From assembly GCA_027310185.1 (NCBI GenBank), contig DAIDBH010000018.1, forward strand, positions 192,001 to 256,000: 64,000 nt of DNA. Direction: 5' to 3'. A model generated the notes under the pieces. The model saw nothing but the letters and a program-made list of their open reading frames with translations, had not been told where the DNA came from and searched no databases. Position numbers and translations under genes: made by a program. This document shows, piece after piece, positions 53,501 to 61,346 of the stretch; the first letter of the stretch is position 1; every line of letters begins with the position of its first letter. Origin of the DNA: Thermoplasmatales archaeon (GTDB lineage: Archaea > Thermoplasmatota > Thermoplasmata > Thermoplasmatales > Thermoplasmataceae).

Positions 53501-54152
53501 GGAAATGAATGAAAAAAATTTCAGCTTCACTCTACACTTCATGCAGGATGGAGCTTATAATTTCACACTTGAAGTTATGGACAGATGCGGAAATATCAAC
53601 AGGACAACCTACTATCTGAACGTGACCTATTACCCACTTATCAGGAGCATAGGTGTATCTTACCGCATATTCTTCCAGAGCTTCATTGCTCAATCAATAC
53701 TTAGCGGGGATAACACGTCAGGTATAGGGATAAAATGGTACATAAATGGGAACTATGCATCATCGGGAAAGTATGAGAATATATCCCTGCCAGTGGGCCT
53801 GGACCACATCTCCATCAGGGCAAGTTACGGTAACACAACCCGATCTTACAGTTTTACTGTCATAAGCATTAGCAGCTACTTTTTAGTGCCTGTTCCAATT
53901 GCATTATTCTCCATATATGCATTGAGGAACTTTCCAGTAAATGGTAATTCTGAAGATCTACTCAACACCATATTTTCAGAGGATGACAGCCCGTTGAAAG
54001 AGGTAATCAGGAAATTGAGACGGAAGCATTTCTCCCGGAAGATGATAAAAAAGAGTTTCAATCTGCTCCTGGAAAGAAATTTAATAAAGATTTCCCCAGA
54101 TCCGGATGGAAAACCGAGACTTGAGATATTGACTAATAATAAGAAAAAGTGA
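50532..54152 (+). CDS. Large secreted/surface glycoprotein with C-terminal TM and cytoplasmic winged-helix-like tail
   Basis: Signal peptide MKKIALITLIILIA, many N-x-S/T sequons, Ig/PKD-like beta segments (DG.YNFTLEVMDRCGN, IKWYING), TM near aa 1115-1135, basic ~65-aa tail. Confidence 0.75.
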   Translation: MKKIALITLIILIAITATIPTSGSGRPEVIPSYGNYALKEMGSYSNSSVKIGLIGNDTEFFHSNFNASYNKYPFYIKASNYYNASGIYFSSDSDNMSLNLSWNENESYSMTESYFMVSFEGQSISGCFGLKYNSYIAVKQGKNVDKLMKLSQNTFYTLSFTFTGQDVILMVHSMNTLYYSDSFQPTSSQTVSKDINLTIQGYYYNLFFEEPAFQDNKLTIYPSIINPHTIELKHQGLFSLKGKSKDFISDEEAGIYFVVNGNSSIVEYNPNSNMTGVIYSSSENNIITAVSDRGDTYWLIRNETDSAYCVEELNNSNLFMNLKKVPETPSGKFGIVIINNVLSFYNQTEVMEAVSDHVEFRYSNRESCGSAIEGISQYRGTTYVYYRNKTTLSILDQANGKVSHFGNFQSITNFSQEDGQLICGISFSTNAVSYYYPELEVISGRTINFMDRDEAGLTYTGEALDMLNISTQSQTFFQYTGNLSFIFSGSFISMSGNSYCLYLIDNSSSSDVKIKVPEDQLFSPLGYFNFTITGTSSFTSKLLIDGISNEGMNRSSYNLNLSSLNSGIYSYLLQILTASLYYIVHTGTVTVDSSFPNLTFSRSIKNGIFSGEVLWSKYSDSAGITQIVVDGVNNTINTVNSTISFLIPLHYAYKYLQFEVFFRDTYNVTRFIKFKLRYYDENGSGVFPDISENQIFNSNKLYITLHGNPVNVSRILFVVRNESFSKTLNYSSDITSFYLNLANGVYSISTYDLFSAGNKVFEGTVNFTVLSENLTVTDNSTVKSFYSFYGNSENDSFNFHYAASIKGMWNVRVYHNSVKAFTEKVGEENLWLNSSEIKYIFRDNGSFIFYLNYSSVNRHNYSSKLDIEVNNSIPYFIAPSYYYTNTSVLNLSKAFRSNGRIDYLMNGNMRIFNGSVYLNHTGNFSFIFHIWSRSMNHISRIIWVKFNTSAPEYKFIGFSSKVTRTSNLKLSVVANGKEHISGAFLFFNGREMNEKNFSFTLHFMQDGAYNFTLEVMDRCGNINRTTYYLNVTYYPLIRSIGVSYRIFFQSFIAQSILSGDNTSGIGIKWYINGNYASSGKYENISLPVGLDHISIRASYGNTTRSYSFTVISISSYFLVPVPIALFSIYALRNFPVNGNSEDLLNTIFSEDDSPLKEVIRKLRRKHFSRKMIKKSFNLLLERNLIKISPDPDGKPRLEILTNNKKK

Positions 54153-54184
54153 TATACGACATTTTATTTATCCATCCTGTAAGG

Positions 54185-54799
54185 ATGAAATCTATCTATC
54201 TGGTAATCGCTGTTATAATAATTGCATTAATGGTAACACCCATAATGAGTAATGCAGGAACTGTAAATACAGGAACTTCAAGCCATGGGTCACAAATGAC
54301 CGTGAACAATTATGTCAATAAGCTGGAGAATGTAACCACGCCTCCATCAACATTTCCGACAGTTAAATATTATTACGGCAATGATAAATCATGCGCCATA
54401 ACGACAAGCGACTGGACGAGCATTTTCACGAACGTTTTCGATGATAGATCCATAATAGCATATAATTTTTCTTCCAATTCAACACAGTATCTCATAGTTT
54501 TCGATATTACGTACCAGGGATTGAATCCATATGGTGTTGAATATGTAAACGCCCTTTCCCATACAGGAAACCTCTCGAAGAAACATGAGCTTGAAGCATT
54601 CTGGAAAACGGCAAATGAAACATCCCTTGTGAGTGGTTATACAAACTGGAAAGCTTTGAGTGCAGGAGCCTTCCCAGGATTCAGCTGGTCAAGACCAAAG
54701 ATACTACCAAACTATCTTACCGAGGAATATGTAGGCGCAATGGTTGCCGTTGTTGTATCAGTGTTTGTGCTTTATTTTGTCTTCAACAGAAGAAAATAA
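54185..54799 (+). CDS. Hypothetical secreted protein with C-terminal TM anchor
   Basis: Signal peptide MKSIYLVIAVIIIALM and C-terminal TM plus NRRK. Start refined to ATG 54185. Confidence 0.7.
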   Translation: MKSIYLVIAVIIIALMVTPIMSNAGTVNTGTSSHGSQMTVNNYVNKLENVTTPPSTFPTVKYYYGNDKSCAITTSDWTSIFTNVFDDRSIIAYNFSSNSTQYLIVFDITYQGLNPYGVEYVNALSHTGNLSKKHELEAFWKTANETSLVSGYTNWKALSAGAFPGFSWSRPKILPNYLTEEYVGAMVAVVVSVFVLYFVFNRRK

Positions 54800-54853
54800 A
54801 ATTTTTTATCATAAAAGAATTTAATCCATACAATTATTACTAAAGGATAATAA

Positions 54854-55411
54854 ATGAAAGTTATTTTAGGCATCACTGGAGCATCTGGAAGTATTCTGGC
54901 CCAGAGGTTTCTTGAAACTGCGAACGCGGAAATCCACCTGGTCATTTCATCAAACTCTGACCAGGTCATAGAATATGAAACAGGGCACGACTCATCGTCA
55001 TTCAGGAAGATGGCAGCGTATTCGTATGACGATAAGGATGTGGCGGCAAGAATAAGCTCAGGGAGTTTCATATTCAATGCAATGGTAGTAATGCCATGCT
55101 CAATGAATACTCTGGCAAAGATAGCTGCCGGAATCTCTGATTCTCTCATAACAAGGGCTGCTGCAGTAGCACTGAAGGAAAGGAGAAGGCTTATACTGGT
55201 TCCAAGGGAAATGCCATTGAGTGAGATAGCGCTTGAGAACATGACAAGAATCACTAGGGCGGGTGGTATTATCGCAGCTGCCATGCCTGCATTTTATACC
55301 AAGCCAAAGAGCGTAGACGACATGGTTGATTTCATGGTCGGGAGGGTCATGGACCTTTGTGGCATGGACAACAGTCTTGTAAAAAGATGGAAGGAGGAAG
55401 AGAGAGATTAA
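54854..55411 (+). CDS. ubiX: Flavin prenyltransferase UbiX
   Basis: GITGASG, ISSGS, PCSMNTLAKIA.G, LKERR.L.L.PREMP and PAFY motifs. Confidence 0.94.
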   Translation: MKVILGITGASGSILAQRFLETANAEIHLVISSNSDQVIEYETGHDSSSFRKMAAYSYDDKDVAARISSGSFIFNAMVVMPCSMNTLAKIAAGISDSLITRAAAVALKERRRLILVPREMPLSEIALENMTRITRAGGIIAAAMPAFYTKPKSVDDMVDFMVGRVMDLCGMDNSLVKRWKEEERD

Positions 55412-55862
55412 GTATCTTGCTGATAACATGCTGGGAAGACTTGCAAGGTACATGCGAATAATGGGGTACGATACATCATATCCTAACCTCGAAATATCGG
55501 ACACTGAACTTATTGAGATCAGCAAGGCTGATGACAGGATTTTATTATCGAGAGACAGGCAGTTGTGCAGCAGATATATAAAATCCATATACATAGATTC
55601 AGACAGGATAGATGAACAGATAATACAGATCACAAACATTGAACGACCGAGAAGAGAACTTCTATTTTCAAGGTGTACTAACTGCAATGGGGTGCTTGTG
55701 AAGGGTGACAGTAACTGCAGGGAAGAATATGATCCAAGGAAAAAAGATTCTGTATATCACTGCCCGGACTGCGGCAGATGTTACTGGGATGGAACTCACT
55801 CCCAGAACATACTGGCCAAATTGGAGTCATTGAAGGTGTATTATGAAGCTCAGACAGAATGA
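55407..55862 (+). CDS. Mut7-C RNase domain protein (PIN-like plus Zn ribbon)
   Basis: KYLADNMLGRLARYMR.MGYDT, RILLSRDRQL, SRCTNCNG and CPDCGRCYW.GTH. The conserved start lies upstream of the ATG at 55428, so the start codon is uncertain. Confidence 0.85.
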   Translation: MKYLADNMLGRLARYMRIMGYDTSYPNLEISDTELIEISKADDRILLSRDRQLCSRYIKSIYIDSDRIDEQIIQITNIERPRRELLFSRCTNCNGVLVKGDSNCREEYDPRKKDSVYHCPDCGRCYWDGTHSQNILAKLESLKVYYEAQTE

Positions 55863-56865
55863 GGAGGGATGGAGAGAAATACTGATAGAGAACATGGACG
55901 ATCTATGGTACTTGAAGAATATCATCAATTCAGGCACAATAATAAAAAAAACTGTTCTGCGCAGGGAAGATAAGAGCGAAGACATGGAGAGAAGCAAGGA
56001 GACATCAAGGAAGCCTGTACTGCTGGAAATCAGGCCAGAAGAGGTATATTTCCAGCCATTCACGGACAGGCTGAGAATCCAGGGAATAATCATAAAGGGC
56101 CCGGAGGGTACACTGGGACAGCATCAGTCTCTGTACATATCTGAGGGGGAGAATGTTGAGATTCTTAAGGACCGGTGGGACAGGTCCACTGAGAACCTGA
56201 TAAGGGATGCTATGCTGAAAGCATCTAACAATGCTCTTTTCATTGTTATGGATGATGAAACTGCAACATTCTGCACATTGAGGGAGTATGGACTCCAGAC
56301 ACAGGCCAGGATATTCTCAGGAAAATCCGGGAAGGAATATGCGGGAAATTATTCAAGGAAAACATACTTTGAAGAGATCATGAAGACACTCAATTCCATC
56401 AAATTTACAGGTCCAATCATAATAACGGGCCCCGGATTCGAGGGAGAAATGTTTGAAAAGTTTCTGAAAGAGAACAGCACGGGACTGAGAGTCAACTTCA
56501 TACCATCCACAAGAGAGGATGAAAACGCAGTATTCGAAATAATCAACACAGAGGCAGTAAGAAAAATAATAGGCGATTCAAGGTCTTCCAGGGAGAGAAG
56601 GTACATGGAGCAATTCATGGAAGGACTGGCAAGGAATTCAATGGTCGCCTATGGGAAGGAAGAAATTTCAAGGCTTTCCCTATCAGGGGCTATTGACAAG
56701 CTGCTGGTTCTTGAAGATAGCTTCAGAAATGAGGACTTCCAGGAGATAATAGAAAACGTCAGTTCATCGGGAGGAGAGGTGATCATAATGAGTTCAGACG
56801 GAGAATATGGCAAAACACTGAAGAACTTTGGAAATATCGTGGCCCTTCTAAGGTACAACCCGTAA
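55843..56865 (+). CDS. pelA: mRNA surveillance protein Pelota
   Basis: DDLWYL, F.DRLRI.G, GQHQSL, GPGF, VAYG..E and FGNIVALLRY motifs. Confidence 0.93.
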   Translation: MKLRQNEEGWREILIENMDDLWYLKNIINSGTIIKKTVLRREDKSEDMERSKETSRKPVLLEIRPEEVYFQPFTDRLRIQGIIIKGPEGTLGQHQSLYISEGENVEILKDRWDRSTENLIRDAMLKASNNALFIVMDDETATFCTLREYGLQTQARIFSGKSGKEYAGNYSRKTYFEEIMKTLNSIKFTGPIIITGPGFEGEMFEKFLKENSTGLRVNFIPSTREDENAVFEIINTEAVRKIIGDSRSSRERRYMEQFMEGLARNSMVAYGKEEISRLSLSGAIDKLLVLEDSFRNEDFQEIIENVSSSGGEVIIMSSDGEYGKTLKNFGNIVALLRYNP

Positions 56866-56878
56866 TAGATCGCAGCAT
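56862..56878 (+). repeat. Direct repeat copy 1 (GTAATAGATCGCAGCAT), overlapping the pelota stop
   Basis: Identical 17-mer at 58020-58036, with partial similarity extending on both sides. Confidence 0.8.
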
Positions 56879-57009
56879 TATTAGCAGGAAACTCTCAGTT
56901 CGAGTTTCAAATATGCACCTTCACTGCGTTTTGACGTTTTCCATCATAAGCTTATTCAGCGAGTCTTTTAACACCAAAAGATATGTATATCTAATACACA
57001 TAATCATAT

Positions 57010-57234
57010 GTGCCAGCTCAAAGACTAAACGTAACTCTTCCTGAAGATGTGTCGGAAATTCTAAGTACAAAGAAGAATAAATCTAAATTTCTATCAGAGG
57101 CTGTGAGAGAAAAAGCAATGAATGACAAAAAAAAAGAAATTATGGAGAAAGCTGAGAAGCTAAAGCATTACTATGAGTCTGATAGTGATCTTAAAGCTCT
57201 GAATTCTCTTGATTCTCAGGATTTTGTCGATTGA
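57010..57234 (+). CDS. Ribbon-helix-helix antitoxin
   Basis: RLNVTLPEDV.E.L......SKFLSEAVRE (RHH) with acidic C-terminus; directly upstream of a MazF-like toxin. Confidence 0.8.
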   Translation: MPAQRLNVTLPEDVSEILSTKKNKSKFLSEAVREKAMNDKKKEIMEKAEKLKHYYESDSDLKALNSLDSQDFVD

Positions 57235-57585
57235 GTGATACAGTTGTATCAAGGAGATATCTGGCTGGTAAATCTCTCACCAACTGTTGGAGCTGAAATA
57301 ACAAAAACAAGGCCATGTGTCATAGTTAGCAGTAATGAAATAGGTATTCTTCCACTGAAGGTTGTTGCACCCATAACTGATTTCAAATCTCGTTATTCTT
57401 CCGTTCCATGGATGGTTGAACTGTCTCCAGATGGAATAAATAACCTATCAAAGAGATCGGTGGTAGATTTATTTCAGATCAGATCGGTATCCCAGGAAAG
57501 ATTGATCAGGAAAACTGGAAACCTGTCGGGAGATGAGCTTAAAAAAATACAGGAAGCCATCAAGATAGTTGTTGGAATTTATTAA
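57235..57585 (+). CDS. mazF: PemK/MazF family endoribonuclease toxin
   Basis: GDIWLVNLSPTVGAEI.K.RPCVIVS, VAPIT and QIRSVSQERL motifs. Confidence 0.92.
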   Translation: MIQLYQGDIWLVNLSPTVGAEITKTRPCVIVSSNEIGILPLKVVAPITDFKSRYSSVPWMVELSPDGINNLSKRSVVDLFQIRSVSQERLIRKTGNLSGDELKKIQEAIKIVVGIY

Positions 57586-58019
57586 TTTCACAAATATTTA
57601 AATAATGCGATCTGGAATACGACTGTCGCAGGATATGGAATGAAGGCGGGCTTTATTATTTCCCTTAACTTATTATACACTCCTTGCAGAAATAAGCGAA
57701 ACTAGCCTGATTTTATATTGCTATTTGTGTCTACGTATCCGTCAGATCTGATGGATTAGCTTCATGACGGCATGCCTTTGAATCTGAGGTAAATCAAGAT
57801 CAATCAGATTTTTTCTGTATATCTTTTGAAATGCAGTGCTCCCTGTAAAGCCTGGAAGAAGAGACAGGGTAAATAAATAGAATCTTACTCACTAAATATA
57901 CTTTCAATTTTTCACTGAACCCGTTTTTGAGGAGTTGGATGGAAATAATCTCATAATAACTGGCATTTATTATATATAGAATTTTATGGCACTACTTTAG
58001 AAACTTTTAGGTAAACACT

Positions 58020-58036
58020 GTAATAGATCGCAGCAT
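58020..58036 (+). repeat. Direct repeat copy 2 (GTAATAGATCGCAGCAT)
   Basis: Identical to 56862-56878. Confidence 0.8.
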
Positions 58037-58090
58037 AACCGTCTGGAAATCCTCAATTTTAATATACCTTCTGGATATCCTGAAACCACT

Positions 58091-58175
58091 GCGGAGGTTG
58101 TCGAGCTAGGTTAAAGGCGATGGATTTAGGGTCCATTCCCGTAGGGGTTCGCCGGTTCGAATCCGGCCCTCCGCA
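58091..58175 (+). tRNA. tRNA-Leu (anticodon TAG)
   Basis: GCGGAGG/CCTCCGC acceptor stem, ATGGA-TTTAGGG-TCCAT anticodon arm, long variable arm CCC-GTA-GGG, GGTTCGAATCC T-arm; no intron, CCA not encoded. Confidence 0.96.
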
Positions 58176-58199
58176 TATTTATATTAAATAGTTTAAATC

Positions 58200-58609
58200 T
58201 TATTCCCAAATCACTTCTAGACCGTGTACTTTTCGAAATACAGGATCATTGGAAATAAGTGATAAACTTCGACTCAGTGCCTCTGCCGCTATTAACCTGG
58301 CATGTAGCTCGGGAATATATAGGGACAAAAAATATCCCATCCATCTTCTGGAAAATTGGATTGAGATATAAAAGAAGTTCCTCTTAGTTCATCCAGGAAT
58401 TTCTTGATATCTCTCTTCGAATCAGTCAATCTTAGTCTCCCTTTCATTGCAATATAAATGAATTCTCCCATCACTATCTGCGGTACCAGAATCGAGGCCT
58501 CTCCCCTTTGGGCTAGAGAAAATATATCTGATGCAGGACTTGGCAAATTAACCTCTAGGTATCTAGCTAACACAACCGTATCTATCAGGAAATTTTTCGC
58601 AACTTCCAC
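58200..58609 (-). pseudogene. vapC: VapC (PIN domain) toxin, frameshifted
   Basis: FLIDT..L, VP.IV.GE; after an A6 run (58327-58332) the other frame continues SLYIPELHARLIAAEA...LISND..F..V.GL..IW*. Confidence 0.8.
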
Positions 58610-58823
58610 TCTTTTCTTAAGCCTCTAAGGTCTTTCTCGAATCCTTTGGTATCCACCCTGCCTTTTAACATCCCTCTCAAAGCCCCCACATCATGTCTGA
58701 TAATAATGCCGTCTCCAGAATCCGCCAAAATAACACTTTCTCCACTGCTCAGGTGGTATCTATCTCTCAAATCTTTAGGAAGTGTGATCTGACCCTTTGA
58801 ACTACAGTAACCTTTTTAACCAT
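58585..58823 (-). pseudogene. AbrB/MazE-family antitoxin (VapB), frameshifted
   Basis: ATG 58823 gives MVKKVTV, then a 1-nt shift at ~58802 gives SKGQITLPKDLRDRYHL..G..V (AbrB signature). Confidence 0.8.
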
Positions 58824-58852
58824 ATGAAATGCAAGCACTATTGCCCATACTA

Positions 58853-58871
58853 TCTTTACTTGAAGTAAAGA
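58853..58871. promoter_or_regulatory. Palindromic operator upstream of vapBC
   Basis: Perfect 9-bp inverted repeat TCTTTACTT-G-AAGTAAAGA, 30 nt upstream of the antitoxin ATG. Confidence 0.6.
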
Positions 58872-59360
58872 ATTATGGATGAAAATTTTACAATCAAAAG
58901 TTAATAAATTATTCAATTAAAACAATATTAGAATCCGCCCATTCCCGCTTTTGAATTGTATAATATTTAAACTCATTTTGTAAAGAGAATGTGGTGAATA
59001 TTAAATAAAAACTCAAAGGTTCCACAACCAGTGTATATTGCAGGAATTCAGTTTCATCGTCAAATGAACAGACGAATCAATGCTAGAATAAACGTCAGAA
59101 TACGAGGGTATAAAAAAGATAAGAATGAATATCTATATGGTAACTTCAGTTAGAAACGAGTCAATAAATGAGGGTCATATCCTGATTGCTAAAGCAATCA
59201 ATAGTCCATGCCATCCCATGCTGATATCATTAATGTAAAGAAACTTGAACCAAATCTTTTTGTGAACTATGGAATATTAGTCCAAAGTAACTTTATAGTT
59301 AGCTACCTGAAAACAGAAGGAATCAAATGGTTTATATTTGCAGTTGTCAATCAAGAAACT

Positions 59361-59981
59361 ATGCTAATACCTGTGGCAAGAAATATATTCAGATGGAGAT
59401 CTAACGATCCTGAACTTGGAATAGATCAATACGGTACGATGTTATTGAAAGGCGATTTAATAGTGATTGTAGATCCACCAATGGTTCCAGGGTTGGTAGA
59501 AGCTATAAGGATCCTGGGCAAACCTGAAGCCGTCATAATGACTAACTTCGCCCATTCAAGAGGTAGTAATGCCATGGCCAGGCATCTTGGCATACCCCTC
59601 TATATTCCGGAAATTAAAGACAAGGATGGAAGGGAAAATGAAGAGGAGATAAGATTTCTCCATCTGGACAGGGCAATAAGATACAACGAAGGTACCAAAT
59701 TACCATTGGGAATTAAGGCTCATCATCTTAGACCTAAGACAGATAGCGGTGATGTGGTGTTTGATGAGATGGAACTTCAGTTCGAGAATTTCCTCGTTCT
59801 TGGAGATTCAGCCTGGGGGATCAACGGGAAGATAAACTACTTCCCTGCTGGCATTATGCCAGATGAAGGAAGGAAAAAGGAAACTGCAAACCGGATAGCT
59901 CTTGAAAAGCTTCTAAAAGAGACCGGTTCAAGAGGCTTAATTTCTGGTCACGGTGAGGTCGTCACTGGATTATCACGATAA
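59361..59981 (+). CDS. Metallo-beta-lactamase-fold-like hypothetical protein
   Basis: IVDPP, TNFAHSR, LGDSA and SGHG motifs form a degenerate MBL set. Start refined to ATG 59361. Confidence 0.65.
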   Translation: MLIPVARNIFRWRSNDPELGIDQYGTMLLKGDLIVIVDPPMVPGLVEAIRILGKPEAVIMTNFAHSRGSNAMARHLGIPLYIPEIKDKDGRENEEEIRFLHLDRAIRYNEGTKLPLGIKAHHLRPKTDSGDVVFDEMELQFENFLVLGDSAWGINGKINYFPAGIMPDEGRKKETANRIALEKLLKETGSRGLISGHGEVVTGLSR

Positions 59982-60093
59982 ACAATTGTGATGAATGCAT
60001 AGAAATAAACTGACATCCTGAATACGGGTCAGGTTCTTTGAACAGGGTGATAAAATTATTTCTACTCCCGTTATTTATACATGGGATATTTAG

Positions 60094-60447
60094 ATGATAG
60101 AAAAAATTGAACCGGTAATACTTTTTGTAAAAAATTTCAAGGAAAGCAGAATTTTCTACAGGGATCAGCTTGGGCTGAAGGAAGAATCTTCCTCAAACAG
60201 CGAAAATGCGAACTTTGTTAGCTTTAGACTGTCAAATATCACTTTTTCCATACATGGAGGATATGAAGGGATGAATGGCGGTCCTTTGAGTATTCATTTC
60301 ATCACTGAGAACATTGAGGAAGAAGTAAGAAGATTAAAAGCCTTAGGAGTCAGGTTTGCAAGGGAAATAGAGGAAGTCCCATGGGGAGGGAGGGAAGCTA
60401 CTCTCATTGATCCAGATGGGAATGAAATAGATTTATACCAGCCATAA
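60094..60447 (+). CDS. VOC/glyoxalase family protein
   Basis: V.N..ES..FYRD.LGL and PWGGR....DPDGNEI motifs. Confidence 0.9.
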   Translation: MIEKIEPVILFVKNFKESRIFYRDQLGLKEESSSNSENANFVSFRLSNITFSIHGGYEGMNGGPLSIHFITENIEEEVRRLKALGVRFAREIEEVPWGGREATLIDPDGNEIDLYQP

Positions 60448-60541
60448 CAACCATCTGAACGCATGACAAATACTATTTAAGCGGCATTTCTGAATGTCAG
60501 AATTATTTTCCATTATACAATCCAAAATATTGATTTTCCAT

Positions 60542-61327
60542 ATGACATTACCAACCATGACAGAAAAAGAAGAAAAAAAAGCAATACTGGTTACAGGAGG
60601 CTCCAAAGGGATAGGAAAAGCAATCGCAATCAAGTTCGCAGAATCAGGATATAATGTTGCAATCACCTATAATAGATCAGAAAAGGAAGCCACTGAATTA
60701 TCAAAGAAATACGGGAATATTTACCCATTCCATGTGGATGTAACAAACAGGGAACAGATAAGAAATATGGTAAAAGAAATTCATGGAAAGATAGGCACCC
60801 TGAAAGTAATTGTAAACGATGCAGGCATGTGGCATCTATTCCCATTTGAAAAATTCGAGGAGGAAAAATATCAACAAATCATGGACACAAACCTGAAGGG
60901 TCCAATATACATTGTTCTCGAAACACTTGATGACCTGAAGAAGAACAGGGGCGTCGTAATAAATATAGCTTCAAATGCCGGAGTTGGAACTGCAGCAATG
61001 AACACTACATTCTATTCAGTATCAAAGGCTGCACTTATTATGTTGACAAAAAGGATGGCCCTTGAATTTGAGTCCTACGGAATACGTTCAAACGCTGTTG
61101 CTCCTGGATGGATCAAGACAGATCTCACCGTTGGGGGCAAGACGGGTGAGGAGATAAGGGAGCTCGAGGAAAGCTTCATCTCCAGATCTACAGTAAAGAG
61201 AACTGGTAAACCAGAGGATGTGGCAGAACTTGTTGCATATCTCGCATCGGACGCATCAGAATTCATGAACGGGCAGGTTCTCGTGATAGATGGAGGGAGA
61301 AAGGATAACCTGACCCATTCTATTTAA
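60542..61327 (+). CDS. Short-chain dehydrogenase/reductase (FabG-like)
   Basis: TGGSKGIG, NDAG, YSVSK, NAVAPG and GQVLVIDGG motifs. Confidence 0.92.
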   Translation: MTLPTMTEKEEKKAILVTGGSKGIGKAIAIKFAESGYNVAITYNRSEKEATELSKKYGNIYPFHVDVTNREQIRNMVKEIHGKIGTLKVIVNDAGMWHLFPFEKFEEEKYQQIMDTNLKGPIYIVLETLDDLKKNRGVVINIASNAGVGTAAMNTTFYSVSKAALIMLTKRMALEFESYGIRSNAVAPGWIKTDLTVGGKTGEEIRELEESFISRSTVKRTGKPEDVAELVAYLASDASEFMNGQVLVIDGGRKDNLTHSI

Positions 61328-61346
61328 GCGGCACTCCCCTTCCATG

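Noticed and set aside
57600-57960. Possible gene remnant inside the repeat-bounded TA cassette
   Set aside because: I could not recognise a protein family in any frame by eye; BLASTx would be needed
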